A DNA stretch of 53,108 nt from a virus. Its lineage: Duplodnaviria > Caudoviricetes. A model generated the notes under the pieces. That model had not been told where the DNA came from, did no database searches, and saw only the letters and a list, made by a program, of their open reading frames with translations. This document shows, piece after piece, positions 1 to 10,395 of the stretch; position 1 is the stretch's first letter, and each line of letters opens with the position of its first letter. Position numbers and translations under genes: made by a program. The stretch is from IMG/VR virus record IMGVR_UViG_3300031975_000697, positions 1 to 53,108 of that record; one strand, written 5' to 3'.

Positions 1-507
1 TGCGTCTGAGACCTCGCGTACGGGTACAGGGTCAATTTGGAAACGAGGCTCGCGCTCCTGTAGCGTGTCCTGCCCCTCAGCGCCACGCTGACGCGTGTGT
101 CCAGGTCAGCCGGTGTATCCGGACCTAGGAATCGGCACAGAGCCCCTCATCCATTGTGTGATCTCCGACACACTAGAGGACGTTTGTCTCCGAGTTACAT
201 GTACTACTGGTGGGAGAGGGTAGCGACCTCCGACCTTCGGGAGAGGGGGAGGCCAGGGGGTGAGGGCCTCGCTCTGGCTCGGCCTCGGGGCGCCCCTCCA
301 AGGGCGCCGCCCGGAGAGCCGCTCGAATGCGGCTCGTCGAACGGCAGCCTTCGGGGCTGCCCGATCGCAGCTCGTCCAAGAGCTGCTCTCCCGGTGGACC
401 GCCTGGAGCGGTCCCCAGAACAGCGAAGCTGTTCCAATCCAACCCATCGAAAACCCGAAGGGTTTTCTCATTGGCCGCGCCCGAGCGCGGCCCCAGAGGA
501 GACCCTC

Positions 508-801
508 ATGTGGGAACACGCGAGCAGACGCAGGCAGGAACTCCCCCCGGAGTGGGAGGAGATTCGCCTTGCCGTGCTGCGAGACGCCGAGTGGATGTGC
601 GAGCTCGGCTGGGCAGGGTGCCTAGTCGAAGCGACCGACGTCGATCACCGCAAGCGCGGAAACGACCACAGCCGCTCCAACCTCCAAGCCCTGTGCTCGG
701 AGTGCCACAAGAAGAAGACCTCCCGCGAAGGCGTGGAGGCCCGTCGCAAACTCAGAGCCCGGAGGAAGAGACCACCAGAGAGACATCCCGGGCGTAGATG
801 A
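508..801 (+). CDS. HNH endonuclease (packaging-associated)
   Basis: ATG at 508 after GAGGAG; C..C..VDH..N..LC..CH HNH motif (MCELGWAGC...DVDH...NLQALCSECH); first gene at left end. Confidence 0.85.
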   Translation: MWEHASRRRQELPPEWEEIRLAVLRDAEWMCELGWAGCLVEATDVDHRKRGNDHSRSNLQALCSECHKKKTSREGVEARRKLRARRKRPPERHPGRR

Positions 802-840
802 CGCCGGCCAGGTGCCGGCCCCACGCCCAGGAGGCACCCA

Positions 841-1335
841 ATGGCAGACAAAGGCCCCGTCCGGAAACGGGACGAGCAACGGATTCGCCGGAACAAGGAC
901 GAAGTCGAAACCGAAACGGTCACCGAGATTGGCCCTGTAGAGATTCCGGAGCTCGGTATCCCCGACGCTCACCCGTTCGTGACCGAGATGTACGAGTCGA
1001 TGAAGAAGTCGGGACAGCGCAAGTTCTTCGAGCCCACCGACTGGTCTCAGGCCAAGATCACCCTGCACTTCCTCAACAAGCTGCTCTGGTCTCCGAAGCC
1101 ATCCGCGCAGCAGCTCGCCAACGTCGTGTCGATGCTCGGGAACCTGTTGGTCACCGAGGGCGACCGCAGACGAGCGCGAGTAGAGGTCGAACGCAAGGAA
1201 GGCCCCGCTGGCGGCGCCGAGGTCAAGCCGATCACCGACGCGTACATGCAGATATTCGCCCAACAGCAGCAGACCAACCTACAGCAGATGGCGTCCGCGC
1301 CTGCTCCAGAAACCGGGTCCTCCGAGGAGGGTTGA
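841..1335 (+). CDS. terminase small subunit (putative)
   Basis: AGGAGG RBS; N-terminal GPVRKRDEQRIRRNK and C-terminal LLVTEGDRRRARVEVER resemble actinophage small terminases; position. Confidence 0.7.
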   Translation: MADKGPVRKRDEQRIRRNKDEVETETVTEIGPVEIPELGIPDAHPFVTEMYESMKKSGQRKFFEPTDWSQAKITLHFLNKLLWSPKPSAQQLANVVSMLGNLLVTEGDRRRARVEVERKEGPAGGAEVKPITDAYMQIFAQQQQTNLQQMASAPAPETGSSEEG

Positions 1336-1394
1336 GCCTCCCTCTCCGCTCCCCTCTTCGGGGTTGACCCATCCACCACCCGAAAGGAACGAAC

Positions 1395-1721
1395 ATGGCC
1401 GATCTCGGCATCAGGGCCGACCAGGACACGCTCGTCCTCTGGAAAGGCCGCGACTTCAAGTGGGCCTTCGACAATCTCGACCCCGAGACTGGCGACCCCA
1501 TCGACTTCCCAGCCGGTCGGCTGTTCTTCGAGCTCCAGACCGGGGAGACGCCCACCGAGTGGGACTTCAGCTTCAACGGCTCCCAGGCCGTCATCAAGGT
1601 CGAGTCCGACGAGGTCGCGCAGATCCCGAAGCGGACCAAATGGCAGCTCGTATTCCTCCCCGATGGCGAGGTCGCGGGCGGTGACCCGATCACCGCAGGA
1701 CTGGTCGAGGTGGTTGGCTGA
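1395..1721 (+). CDS. virion structural / minor tail-associated protein
   Basis: AAAGGA RBS; 108 aa beta-rich protein directly upstream of and coupled to the collagen-like gene. Confidence 0.55.
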   Translation: MADLGIRADQDTLVLWKGRDFKWAFDNLDPETGDPIDFPAGRLFFELQTGETPTEWDFSFNGSQAVIKVESDEVAQIPKRTKWQLVFLPDGEVAGGDPITAGLVEVVG

Positions 1722-4700
1722 TGAGGCTCAAGGGCTACCCGCCAGAGGGAACCCCCGTCTACTCCTACTTGACCAAGCCCACCGGCTCGATCGTCGGATC
1801 GGCCAAACTACCGGTAGGTCGGATCATGTCCCTCCCCGGCCTGCCAGGCCCCCGAGGCGATAAAGGCGAGACCGGCGAGCCTGGACCGCAAGGTCCTGAA
1901 GGACCGAAGGGGGATACGGGCGCCACTGGACCCCAAGGTCCTCAGGGCGTCCCCGGAGACGAGGGGCCGGCAGGCCCGGAGGGTCCCGAAGGTCCCCAAG
2001 GACCGCAGGGCATTTCCGGAGAGGACGGCGCGACCGGACCTCAGGGTCCTCAAGGCATACAAGGTGAGGTCGGCCCGACCGGGCCTCAAGGCATTCAAGG
2101 ACCCACTGGCCCGAAGGGAGACAAGGGAGATACCGGCGACACCGGCCCAGTCGGACCTCAAGGCCTCCAAGGCATTCAAGGCGAGGCCGGAGACACCGGC
2201 CCGCAGGGACCGGAAGGTCCCGTAGGCCCCACCGGGCCGAAAGGTGACACAGGCGATACAGGACCCGCTGGACCCCAGGGAGAGCAGGGCATACAAGGCC
2301 CAACAGGACCCAAGGGGGACACTGGTGACACAGGACCCGAAGGCCCACAAGGCCCTCAGGGTGCAACGGGACTCCAAGGCCCACAAGGCGATACAGGCCC
2401 CGTTGGTCCCAAAGGCGACACCGGGGACACAGGACCACAGGGACCGACAGGCCCGGAAGGCCCTGTAGGACCTCAAGGTCCGAAGGGTGACCAAGGCGAC
2501 ACCGGACCTCAGGGGCCGACTGGCGACGGTCTGACGATCGACGAAACGGTCGCGGACTACGCGTCGCTTCCCACGGGGCTCGGCTCCGGAGACAACGGGT
2601 ACACCGCGTTCGTACAGAGCAACGGTCGCCTCTACGTCTGGTCGGGAACCGCGTGGCCGGCAGAGGCCGAAGGCGCACAGATCCAAGGCCAGGAAGGTCC
2701 GCAGGGGCCGACCGGACCCGAGGGTCCTCAGGGGCCACAGGGAATCCAAGGCCCTGCTGGCAACGACGGGGCGCAAGGACCGGAAGGTCCGCAGGGTCCT
2801 GAAGGCCCTCCAGGAACGACCGACTACAACGAGTTGGAAAACCTCCCGGATCTCGGCACCAAGGTAGACGTATCGTCCACGCCGTACCGGGTGTATGCCA
2901 CGGACAATAATGGTGAGCAGACGACCTTCCCACATACGGTCGGTGCCCTGGAGGGCTCGGTAGTTCGTCGTGACACATCAGGTCGTGCGCAGTTCTCAAC
3001 ACCAGCAGCAAACGCCGATGCAGCTAACAAGTTGTATGTCGACGACGAGGTTGCCAAGAAAGTTGGTATAGAGCCGGTCAACGACGCCTACCCTATCGTC
3101 GACAGCGCGGCTCTAGTCTTCGACACATACCGGGTGGAGGCGACCAATCCATTGCCGCCTCTCTGGAATGACCTGGCCTACAACAACCTTAAAGGCGGGT
3201 CGACAGAGGTAACCCTGAACGGGCAGCCTTGGTCAGGCCTCGGTATCGACGACGCTTTCACCCCGGAAGCGTTCCCGGCGTCGAACAGCGGTATGTCTCC
3301 CAGCGACGTCGTTGTCATCACCGTCAACCTGCACCGGAACATCCGCTACGAGCAGCAGATCGGCATCCTCATGGGAGGGTCCTGGTACTCCGAGGATGTC
3401 ACCATCGAGGCGTACTGGGGCGGTGCGTGGCACGAGGTGTACAGCGCCGCAGGAAGCAACAGCAAGTTGCACTGTGCCAAGTACACCGAGAACGCATCTA
3501 GCCCCATCACCAACCTGCGGTACACGTTGACCAACCACCGGTCGACGTTGCTGAGGATCGTCTCTCTGTTCGCCACGTCCTACGACAGCGATCTACTGTC
3601 GGCTGCTTTCGTCAACCGCGAGGGCGGGTCGATATACGGACACATCAGCGACTATGAGAACCCGACAGACGACAGCCACCTGGCCCGAAAGGGCTACGTG
3701 GACGCCGAGATCGAGGCAATCGAGCTAACCCCCGGACCTGCCGGCGCAGACGGGGCTTCAGCCTACGAAGTCGCTGTCTCGCAGGGGTACTCGGGCACAG
3801 AAGCCCAGTGGCTATCTTCTCTGGAGGGGCCGCAAGGACCCCAAGGGCCTCAAGGCCCAGCCGGCGACGATGGAGAAGAGGGGCCTCAAGGTCCGCAAGG
3901 GCCACAGGGACCTCAAGGCATCCAGGGCATCCAAGGTCCTCAAGGTGATCCCGGCGCCGATGGCGTTGACGGAGCAACTGGCCCAGAGGGGCCACAAGGA
4001 CCGGTCGGACCTACTGGCCCGAAGGGTGACACGGGAGACCAAGGACCGCAGGGTCTAAAGGGTGACACCGGGGATACCGGACCCGAAGGCCCACAGGGGC
4101 CTAAGGGAGATACCGGCGACACCGGCCCGCAGGGCATACAAGGACCTCCGGGAGACGACGGAGCCCAAGGACCGGAAGGGCCTCAGGGACCGCAAGGGCC
4201 TACCGGGCCAGAAGGACCCGAGGGACCTCGCGGACCACGGTTCGGACTGACTCCGACAGCGGTGATCTCGTCGAACTATACCGCGTCCGTTGGCAGTTAC
4301 GTTGTCGTCAACGCAGTTGCCGCTCTGAATGTTTCGCTACCAAGCTCCCCATCTGGAGGAGACGCGGTAGGCGTATACATCTCGGACGGCACGGCAGACG
4401 TCAACCTGCTAGCACCGGGCTCGGAGCTGCTATACAACGGCAGCGGAATGACCTCGATGGTCCTCCAGGACGAGAACACCCTCGTTGGCCTATCGGTCTG
4501 GGAGTACAGCTCATCCGGGAACTTCTGGTTCCTGGTGAACTACAACACCGCTCCGTCCTCGACGGACATCGTGGATTCCACCCCGTTCGGCAGGGATCTG
4601 GTCACCGGCACCGAGTCGGATGCTCGCACCTCGTTGGGAGTGTTCGAGCAAGAGGAGATCTCCCAAGCAGCCTACGACGCTCTCGGAGCTGGAAGGCCCA

Positions 4701-4726
4701 ACAAGCTGTACATCATCACGTCATAA
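1721..4726 (+). CDS. collagen-like (Gly-X-Y) minor tail / tail fibre protein
   Basis: 1001 aa; long GPQ/GPE/GDT triplet tracts flanking a non-collagen central domain. Confidence 0.8.
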   Translation: MRLKGYPPEGTPVYSYLTKPTGSIVGSAKLPVGRIMSLPGLPGPRGDKGETGEPGPQGPEGPKGDTGATGPQGPQGVPGDEGPAGPEGPEGPQGPQGISGEDGATGPQGPQGIQGEVGPTGPQGIQGPTGPKGDKGDTGDTGPVGPQGLQGIQGEAGDTGPQGPEGPVGPTGPKGDTGDTGPAGPQGEQGIQGPTGPKGDTGDTGPEGPQGPQGATGLQGPQGDTGPVGPKGDTGDTGPQGPTGPEGPVGPQGPKGDQGDTGPQGPTGDGLTIDETVADYASLPTGLGSGDNGYTAFVQSNGRLYVWSGTAWPAEAEGAQIQGQEGPQGPTGPEGPQGPQGIQGPAGNDGAQGPEGPQGPEGPPGTTDYNELENLPDLGTKVDVSSTPYRVYATDNNGEQTTFPHTVGALEGSVVRRDTSGRAQFSTPAANADAANKLYVDDEVAKKVGIEPVNDAYPIVDSAALVFDTYRVEATNPLPPLWNDLAYNNLKGGSTEVTLNGQPWSGLGIDDAFTPEAFPASNSGMSPSDVVVITVNLHRNIRYEQQIGILMGGSWYSEDVTIEAYWGGAWHEVYSAAGSNSKLHCAKYTENASSPITNLRYTLTNHRSTLLRIVSLFATSYDSDLLSAAFVNREGGSIYGHISDYENPTDDSHLARKGYVDAEIEAIELTPGPAGADGASAYEVAVSQGYSGTEAQWLSSLEGPQGPQGPQGPAGDDGEEGPQGPQGPQGPQGIQGIQGPQGDPGADGVDGATGPEGPQGPVGPTGPKGDTGDQGPQGLKGDTGDTGPEGPQGPKGDTGDTGPQGIQGPPGDDGAQGPEGPQGPQGPTGPEGPEGPRGPRFGLTPTAVISSNYTASVGSYVVVNAVAALNVSLPSSPSGGDAVGVYISDGTADVNLLAPGSELLYNGSGMTSMVLQDENTLVGLSVWEYSSSGNFWFLVNYNTAPSSTDIVDSTPFGRDLVTGTESDARTSLGVFEQEEISQAAYDALGAGRPNKLYIITS

Positions 4727-4737
4727 GGAGGCAGGCC

Positions 4738-5682
4738 GTGCCCGTGCAACTAGGCGATAAGACACCGTCGACCTTCTACTTGGGCGACAAAGTGGTACAG
4801 AGGATGTACCTAGGTGATGACATTGCATGGGTCGTCTTCTCCGGAGACTACGAAGAGAACACGCCCCGAACCGACCACCCGGTTCCGGTTGGAGCTACCC
4901 AATTCCGGGTGCGCCTGATCGGAGCTGGTGGCGGTGGTGGCGGTGGGAGAGTCTCCTCGGGTGGCCTCATCCGAGGTGGCGGCGGCGGTGGCGGCGGCGG
5001 CGCCGTCGTAGACACCGGGTGGCAGAGCATCGACCTCCTCGGAGACACCTACAGCGTGATCGTCGGCAGCAGAGGAGCGGGAGGAGCCAGCTCCAGCTCC
5101 CCCGCGAACGGATCATCCGGCACCGGCTCCACGTTCTCCAGCGGCTCTGTGTCGATCACAGCAGGAGGAGGTAGCGGCGGGCAGGCTGGCAACAGCTCGT
5201 CGTCCCCCGGAGGGCCTGGAGGCACTACAACGGTCTCCGGGATGTCTGGGCTGACCGAGAACGTCAGCGGCACCGAGGGAGGCAGCGGCGGCGTCACTTC
5301 TCAGACAGTCGGGTTCAACAGCGTCTACGAAGGAGCCGCTGGCGGCGGCGGTGCGGGCGGCCTATCAGGCGGTAGTGCACCCACTGACGGTAGGGCTGGA
5401 GGTTCCGTAGACGGAGCTCCCGGAGGCGCTGCCGGCCAGGCGAGCACTTCGTCCGGGTCTAACGGTCGAGGTGGCGACGGCCAGGACAGAGCGTTCGGAG
5501 TTATAGGCCCAGGTGGCGGCGGCGCAGGCTGCGCTGACTACTACAGCACCCAAGACGGCGGTGAAGGCGGCGACTGGGGAGGCGGTGGCGGCGGCGCCAG
5601 CGGCGGCTCCAGCTCAGGAAGCGTCACTACATCGACCGGAGGACAGGGAGGCAGGGGCTACACGCTCGTCGAGTTCTCCTGA
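4738..5682 (+). CDS. glycine-rich minor tail protein
   Basis: AAGGAGG RBS, GTG start; IGAGGGGGGG...GGQGGRGYTLVEF glycine-rich domain typical of phage tail proteins. Confidence 0.75.
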   Translation: MPVQLGDKTPSTFYLGDKVVQRMYLGDDIAWVVFSGDYEENTPRTDHPVPVGATQFRVRLIGAGGGGGGGRVSSGGLIRGGGGGGGGGAVVDTGWQSIDLLGDTYSVIVGSRGAGGASSSSPANGSSGTGSTFSSGSVSITAGGGSGGQAGNSSSSPGGPGGTTTVSGMSGLTENVSGTEGGSGGVTSQTVGFNSVYEGAAGGGGAGGLSGGSAPTDGRAGGSVDGAPGGAAGQASTSSGSNGRGGDGQDRAFGVIGPGGGGAGCADYYSTQDGGEGGDWGGGGGGASGGSSSGSVTTSTGGQGGRGYTLVEFS

Positions 5683-5697
5683 TAGAGAGGAGAATAG

Positions 5698-6522
5698 GTG
5701 GCAACGCACGTCATCTACGTGCCCGGAGCGTTCGGGTCCTACGACCAAGAGAACTTCGGCGGCACGATGCTGCAATCGCCCAACGTAGCGGTGACCCGGT
5801 CCTGGAACAACTGGACCATATCGGACAGCGCAGCTACCACCGACATGAACAACCTGTTCGACCTGATAGTCGACCAATTCATCGCTGGCGCTACGTTCGT
5901 CATCGTCGTGGGCCACTCCAGAGGGGCTCAGGTCATCTACAAGCTGCTACGAGAGCGACTGGGAGACTTGGTAGCACAGGTCGACACGGACAAGCTCCTG
6001 CTCATCTCAGCAGGTAACCCCGAGCGCAAGGGGCGCGGTAGAGCAGTTCTCCGACCGGACGACTACCCCGCCGCGTACCCCGGACCCTCGGGAGGAGGAG
6101 AAGGGGTCGGCTACGGCCTCCCCACGGGCGGCATAGACCCAGTGAAGCTGTTGGACATCTCGATGCAGTACGACGAGTGGTCCGACTACCCCAACGACTG
6201 GGACAACACCGCAGCCTCAGATGCGATCGGCAACAGTTGGCACTCGAAGTACGAGCAGGCACCGGAGCTAGGTCTAGACGGTCTACCAGTCGACTGGAAC
6301 GAGTGGACATACTGGGAAGAGGGCACCGTGACCTACATGGTCGCTCCCGCCCAGTCACTCGTAGCTGCTCCCGAGAAGTCAGCCATCGCAAGGCTACACG
6401 GAGGGGTTCCCAACAGGAACCGAATCCTGAAGGCACAACTACTTGACCAAGCACATCCTGATCGGATTGCAATCGAATCGGCCTACGACAGGCCGTATCC
6501 CATCTTAGCGAAGGTCTCCTGA
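5698..6522 (+). CDS. PE-PPE/cutinase-like alpha/beta serine hydrolase
   Basis: GHSRG nucleophile elbow, GNP motif, QYDEWSDYP motif, downstream His; GAGGAG RBS. Confidence 0.7.
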   Translation: MATHVIYVPGAFGSYDQENFGGTMLQSPNVAVTRSWNNWTISDSAATTDMNNLFDLIVDQFIAGATFVIVVGHSRGAQVIYKLLRERLGDLVAQVDTDKLLLISAGNPERKGRGRAVLRPDDYPAAYPGPSGGGEGVGYGLPTGGIDPVKLLDISMQYDEWSDYPNDWDNTAASDAIGNSWHSKYEQAPELGLDGLPVDWNEWTYWEEGTVTYMVAPAQSLVAAPEKSAIARLHGGVPNRNRILKAQLLDQAHPDRIAIESAYDRPYPILAKVS

Positions 6523-6601
6523 TCTTCGTTAGGTCTGGCCCACCTACTGAAAGGGCTTGCAGCGAGCGGTCCCCTACATCAGAGGGGAGCCCTCGCGGTA
6601 T

Positions 6602-6677
6602 AGGCGCCTAGCTCAACTGGTAGAGCAGCGGTCTCCAAAGCCGCAGGTTGGGGGTTCAAGTCCCTCGGCGTCTGCCA
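6602..6677 (+). tRNA. trnW: tRNA-Trp (CCA)
   Basis: 76-nt cloverleaf: acceptor AGGCGCC/GGCGTCT, anticodon loop CTCCAAA (CCA 6635-6637), GGTTCAAGTCC T-arm, encoded 3' CCA. Confidence 0.95.
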
Positions 6678-6682
6678 CTGAA

Positions 6683-6695
6683 CTTGACATCGAAC
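6683..6695 (+). promoter_or_regulatory. repressor operator/stoperator
   Basis: CTTGACATCGAAC between tRNA and lysA. Confidence 0.85.
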
Positions 6696-6707
6696 GAGAG
6701 GAAACGC

Positions 6708-7703
6708 ATGGGCTTTCGCACCGTATACGGCAGGACTCACTCGGAGAACGGTTGGCGCATGTGCGATTACGCGCAGTGCGATAACAACCCGATCCCCGGT
6801 ACGTCAGTCCGAATCCCGCTCCAGCGCGGCCACGCGAACATCATTCTGAAGGCGTTCGCCGCCGACCTGAACCGCATCGAGCCGGTGATGAACGCACGAG
6901 GAGGCACCGACGAGGGCGGCTGGACCAACACCAACGAAGTTGCATCCTCGAACCACCTGTCTGGCACCGCTTTCGACTACAACTGGTCTGACCACGCGTT
7001 CCGAGTCTCGTACGACGGCTGGACCTCGGAGGAGATCCGACAGGTACGAGCTCTGCTCGACTTCTACGAAGGCATCGTCTTCTGGGGCCAGGACTGGACC
7101 AACCCGCGTGATTCCATGCACTTTCAGATGAACCGAGGCACCGCCAACGACCCGAACAGACTCCAGGACTTCATCAACCGCAAGATCCGAGCAGACGGCT
7201 TCTCGACTTTCAAGGCAGGGCCGAAGGACCCGGACGCGTTCCCGCTTCCGGTTGGCTACTGCTGGGGTCCGTTGGACGGTCCCGAGTGGTCGGTCTCCGG
7301 TCTCTACGAGGGCACGCCCAAGGCGTGGAAGGACGGCCTGAAGCGTTGGCAGAAGGCCCTCGGCCTCGTCGAGTCGGGAGTCTGGGACGGAGCTACCGAG
7401 GCTGCGGCCACGGCCCTCCAGAAGGACAAGGGCTGGCCCCCGGTCGTCATGGACCGAGGCAACGGCGAAGTGACCTTCCACGGTTGCGTCTTCGAGGGCG
7501 AGTGGGACGCGGTGATCCGCAAGGGCTGGCGCCTGACGCCGGCCACTCCCCCGAACAAGAAGTTCCCGGACGACTACAGCGACCGAGAGCTCTTGATCCG
7601 ACTGGTTGAGAAGGTCGACTACATCGAGCTTCAGATGAGCGAAGGACACCCGGACTGGGACACGTTCGGAACCACGCTCAGGGACCTGGCGGCTGGCAAG
7701 TGA
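6708..7703 (+). CDS. lysA: lysin A (endolysin, M15-type peptidase plus peptidoglycan-binding region)
   Basis: ATG 6708 after GAGGA; SENGW N-terminus, SNHLSGTAFD and DSMHF Zn-peptidase motifs. Confidence 0.9.
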   Translation: MGFRTVYGRTHSENGWRMCDYAQCDNNPIPGTSVRIPLQRGHANIILKAFAADLNRIEPVMNARGGTDEGGWTNTNEVASSNHLSGTAFDYNWSDHAFRVSYDGWTSEEIRQVRALLDFYEGIVFWGQDWTNPRDSMHFQMNRGTANDPNRLQDFINRKIRADGFSTFKAGPKDPDAFPLPVGYCWGPLDGPEWSVSGLYEGTPKAWKDGLKRWQKALGLVESGVWDGATEAAATALQKDKGWPPVVMDRGNGEVTFHGCVFEGEWDAVIRKGWRLTPATPPNKKFPDDYSDRELLIRLVEKVDYIELQMSEGHPDWDTFGTTLRDLAAGK

Positions 7704-8680
7704 TCCGGCTCTGGGACGCCAACCCGACCGTCAAGAAGTGGCGGAGGGTCATGGCCGCGATGTTCTCCGGGTACGAGCGAGATCTCGGCCCACTACCAGG
7801 TGACACCGACGTATTCGGACCCCGAGCCCAGTCGTGGCAGAAGGAGTACCAGCGCCGCACTGGGCAGGAGCCCACAGGCGAAGTAAGCCGCGAGGATCTG
7901 CTGGCCCTCGGCATTTCCCCGGTCGAAGACGCCCGAGCGATGCCCTGGTTGTTCACAGTCCACGGCACCGGCATGGCCGACCCGCTCGGCCCCGGTCTCC
8001 CCGCCGATACGGCGAGGGACGTCCTCGACAAGTACCGCTGGCAGCCCATCGGCAACTACCCGGCGCAGGCGTTCCCGATGCAGCAGTCGATCGACCTCGG
8101 CTACGAGGAGCTGGTGCTCCAGATCGAGGCGAAGCTCAGCCGGGACAACGCCGACTTCGCGATGGCCGGCTACTCGCAGGGCGCCGTCGTCGTGGCGCGG
8201 GTCCTCAAGTACGAGATCCTCGCCAAGACGGGACGGCTGCACAAGTACCTGCACCGCCTCAAGAAGGTTGTGTTCTGGGGAAACCCGATGCGGCAGAGGG
8301 GCCTTGCCCACTTCGACCACTGGAAGTTCGACGTCGCTCCGGAAGATACCGGAGGGATCATGGAGGACCGACTCGAAGGACTGGAGCAGTACGACTTCGA
8401 GGTCCGCGACTACGCCCACGAAGGCGACATGTACGCGTGTCTCCGAGACGGCCAGGCCGGCGAGTGGAAGATCGCCATCCAACGCCTGATCTTCAGCGTA
8501 TCGAGCTTCATCGGAGGCGAGAACTCGCTCGTCGCTCAGTTCGCCGAGCTAGTGGCACAGCCGTTCACCGAGGTTATCGCCGCCGCACAGGCCGGCGTAG
8601 AGGCCATCTGGTTCTTCCTCAACCTCGAACAGCACGCCTACAACCGCTACCCCGCCGTGGAGTTCCTACGGCAGATCTGA
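7700..8680 (+). CDS. lysB: lysin B (mycolylarabinogalactan esterase)
   Basis: GTGA overlap with lysA; FTVHGTG, YPA, GYSQG, WGNPMR motifs. Confidence 0.9.
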   Translation: MIRLWDANPTVKKWRRVMAAMFSGYERDLGPLPGDTDVFGPRAQSWQKEYQRRTGQEPTGEVSREDLLALGISPVEDARAMPWLFTVHGTGMADPLGPGLPADTARDVLDKYRWQPIGNYPAQAFPMQQSIDLGYEELVLQIEAKLSRDNADFAMAGYSQGAVVVARVLKYEILAKTGRLHKYLHRLKKVVFWGNPMRQRGLAHFDHWKFDVAPEDTGGIMEDRLEGLEQYDFEVRDYAHEGDMYACLRDGQAGEWKIAIQRLIFSVSSFIGGENSLVAQFAELVAQPFTEVIAAAQAGVEAIWFFLNLEQHAYNRYPAVEFLRQI

Positions 8681-8697
8681 CCTGAAAGGAGGGGAGG

Positions 8698-10395
8698 GTG
8701 ACCGCTACCGCTACAGCCCCGCTGTTGCCCTCTCCCCCTCACAAGGTCGGGCCGACCTGGCAGATCCGCGAAGACGGGTCCTGGCACCTGCCCGAGAAGT
8801 CCCTTGGCTGGGGGGTTTTGGAGTGGCTAGCCAAGTACGTAAAGAGCCCTGGTGGCGACTTCGCCGGGTCTCCGTTCATGGCCACGCCTGAGCAGGCCAG
8901 GTTCATACTCTGGTGGTACGCCGTAGACAGCCGAGGCAGGTTCGTCTACCGCCAAGGCGTACTGCGCCGCATGAAGGGCTGGGGCAAGGACCCCCTGGCC
9001 GCTGCGATGTCGTTGGCTGAACTCTGTGGACCGGTGCGCTTCTCGCACTGGGACGAGTTCGGGATGCCGGTCGGCAAGGCCCAGCACGCCGCGTGGGTCC
9101 AGATCGCTGCTGTGTCAAAGGACCAGACCAAGAACACCTTCCGGATGTTCCCGGTGATGATGTCCAAGCAGCTCAAAGAGGACTACGGGCTAGAGGTCAA
9201 CAAGTTCGTCATCCACTCAGCTATCGGCGGTCAGATCGAGGCAGTCACCTCATCCCCAGCGTCGATGGAAGGCAACCGGCCCACGTTCGTCATCCGCAAC
9301 GAGACGCAGTGGTGGGGAACAGGCCCCGGTGGAGAGGTAAACGACGGCCACGAGATGGCCGACGTTATCGACGGCAACATCACCAAGATCCCCGAAGCCC
9401 GCATCCTGTCGATCTGCAACGCGCACATCCCCGGAAACGACACCGTAGCCGAGAAGGACTACGACAACTGGCGAGATGTGCAGGCCGGCAAAGTCGTCGA
9501 CACCAACAAACTTTACGACGCGCTGGAAGCCCCGGCAGATACCCCGGTGTCGGAGATCCCGCCTGAGAGCGAGGACCCCGAAGGGTACGCAGCAGGTATC
9601 GACGCGCTGCTTGATGGTCTGGCAGTAGCACGAGGAGACTCTTACTGGTTGCCGCTGGAGGGCATCCTCCAGTCGGTGTTGGACACGAACAACGCCATCA
9701 CCGAGTCCCGTCGCAAGTTCCTCAACCAGGTAAACGCCTCTGAGGACGCGTGGATTTCGCCGAACGAGTGGAACCGCTTGGCCCTGACCGACAAGATCTT
9801 CAAGCTCAAGAAGGGCGACAGGATCACTCTCGGTTTCGACGGGTCGAAGTCCAACGACTACACCGCGCTCGTAGCTTGCCGAGTCGAAGACGGGATGCTG
9901 TTCAAGATCAGAGTTTGGAACCCCGAGCTATACGGCGGGGAGGTGCCACGCGAAGACGTGGACGCTGTAGTGCGCTCGATGTTCGCCTCGTACGACGTGG
10001 TCGCGTTCCGCGCCGACGTGAAGGAGTTCGAGGCATACGTCGACCAGTGGGGCAAGGACTTCAAGAAGAAGATCAAGGTCAACGCCACGCCCGGCAATCC
10101 GATCGCGTTCGATATGCGCGGCCAGACAAAGCGATTCGCGCTCGACTGCGAGAGATTCCTAGACGCGGTCTTGGAGCGCGAGCTCAACCACGATGGCGAC
10201 CCGACTCTGACTCAGCACGTCCTCAACGCGCACAAGTACCCAACTACCTACGACGCAGAAGCCATTCGCAAAGCAAGCAAGGACAGCTCGAAGAAGATCG
10301 ACGCTGCTGTCTGCGCTGTGCTCGCTTTTGGTGCGAGACAGGACTTCCTGATGAGCAAGAAGAATCGTAGCGGGAGAGTGACGGTGATCCGATGA
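8698..10395 (+). CDS. terminase large subunit
   Basis: Walker A-like RMKGWGKD, QIAAVS, NETQ Walker B, LGFDGSKSND nuclease motif, KKIDAAV. Confidence 0.95.
   Translation: MTATATAPLLPSPPHKVGPTWQIREDGSWHLPEKSLGWGVLEWLAKYVKSPGGDFAGSPFMATPEQARFILWWYAVDSRGRFVYRQGVLRRMKGWGKDPLAAAMSLAELCGPVRFSHWDEFGMPVGKAQHAAWVQIAAVSKDQTKNTFRMFPVMMSKQLKEDYGLEVNKFVIHSAIGGQIEAVTSSPASMEGNRPTFVIRNETQWWGTGPGGEVNDGHEMADVIDGNITKIPEARILSICNAHIPGNDTVAEKDYDNWRDVQAGKVVDTNKLYDALEAPADTPVSEIPPESEDPEGYAAGIDALLDGLAVARGDSYWLPLEGILQSVLDTNNAITESRRKFLNQVNASEDAWISPNEWNRLALTDKIFKLKKGDRITLGFDGSKSNDYTALVACRVEDGMLFKIRVWNPELYGGEVPREDVDAVVRSMFASYDVVAFRADVKEFEAYVDQWGKDFKKKIKVNATPGNPIAFDMRGQTKRFALDCERFLDAVLERELNHDGDPTLTQHVLNAHKYPTTYDAEAIRKASKDSSKKIDAAVCAVLAFGARQDFLMSKKNRSGRVTVIR

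Noticed and set aside
97-507. N-terminal extension of the HNH ORF (234-aa version)
   Set aside because: Low-complexity translation across hairpin-rich end DNA; a good RBS precedes ATG 508.
1808-3011. Long antisense ORFs opposite the collagen gene (and similar ones opposite capsid, tape measure and integrase)
   Set aside because: Expected shadows of repetitive or high-GC codon usage; no RBS or recognisable motifs.
6648-6707. Upstream extension of lysA
   Set aside because: Overlaps the tRNA and an operator; RBS supports ATG 6708.
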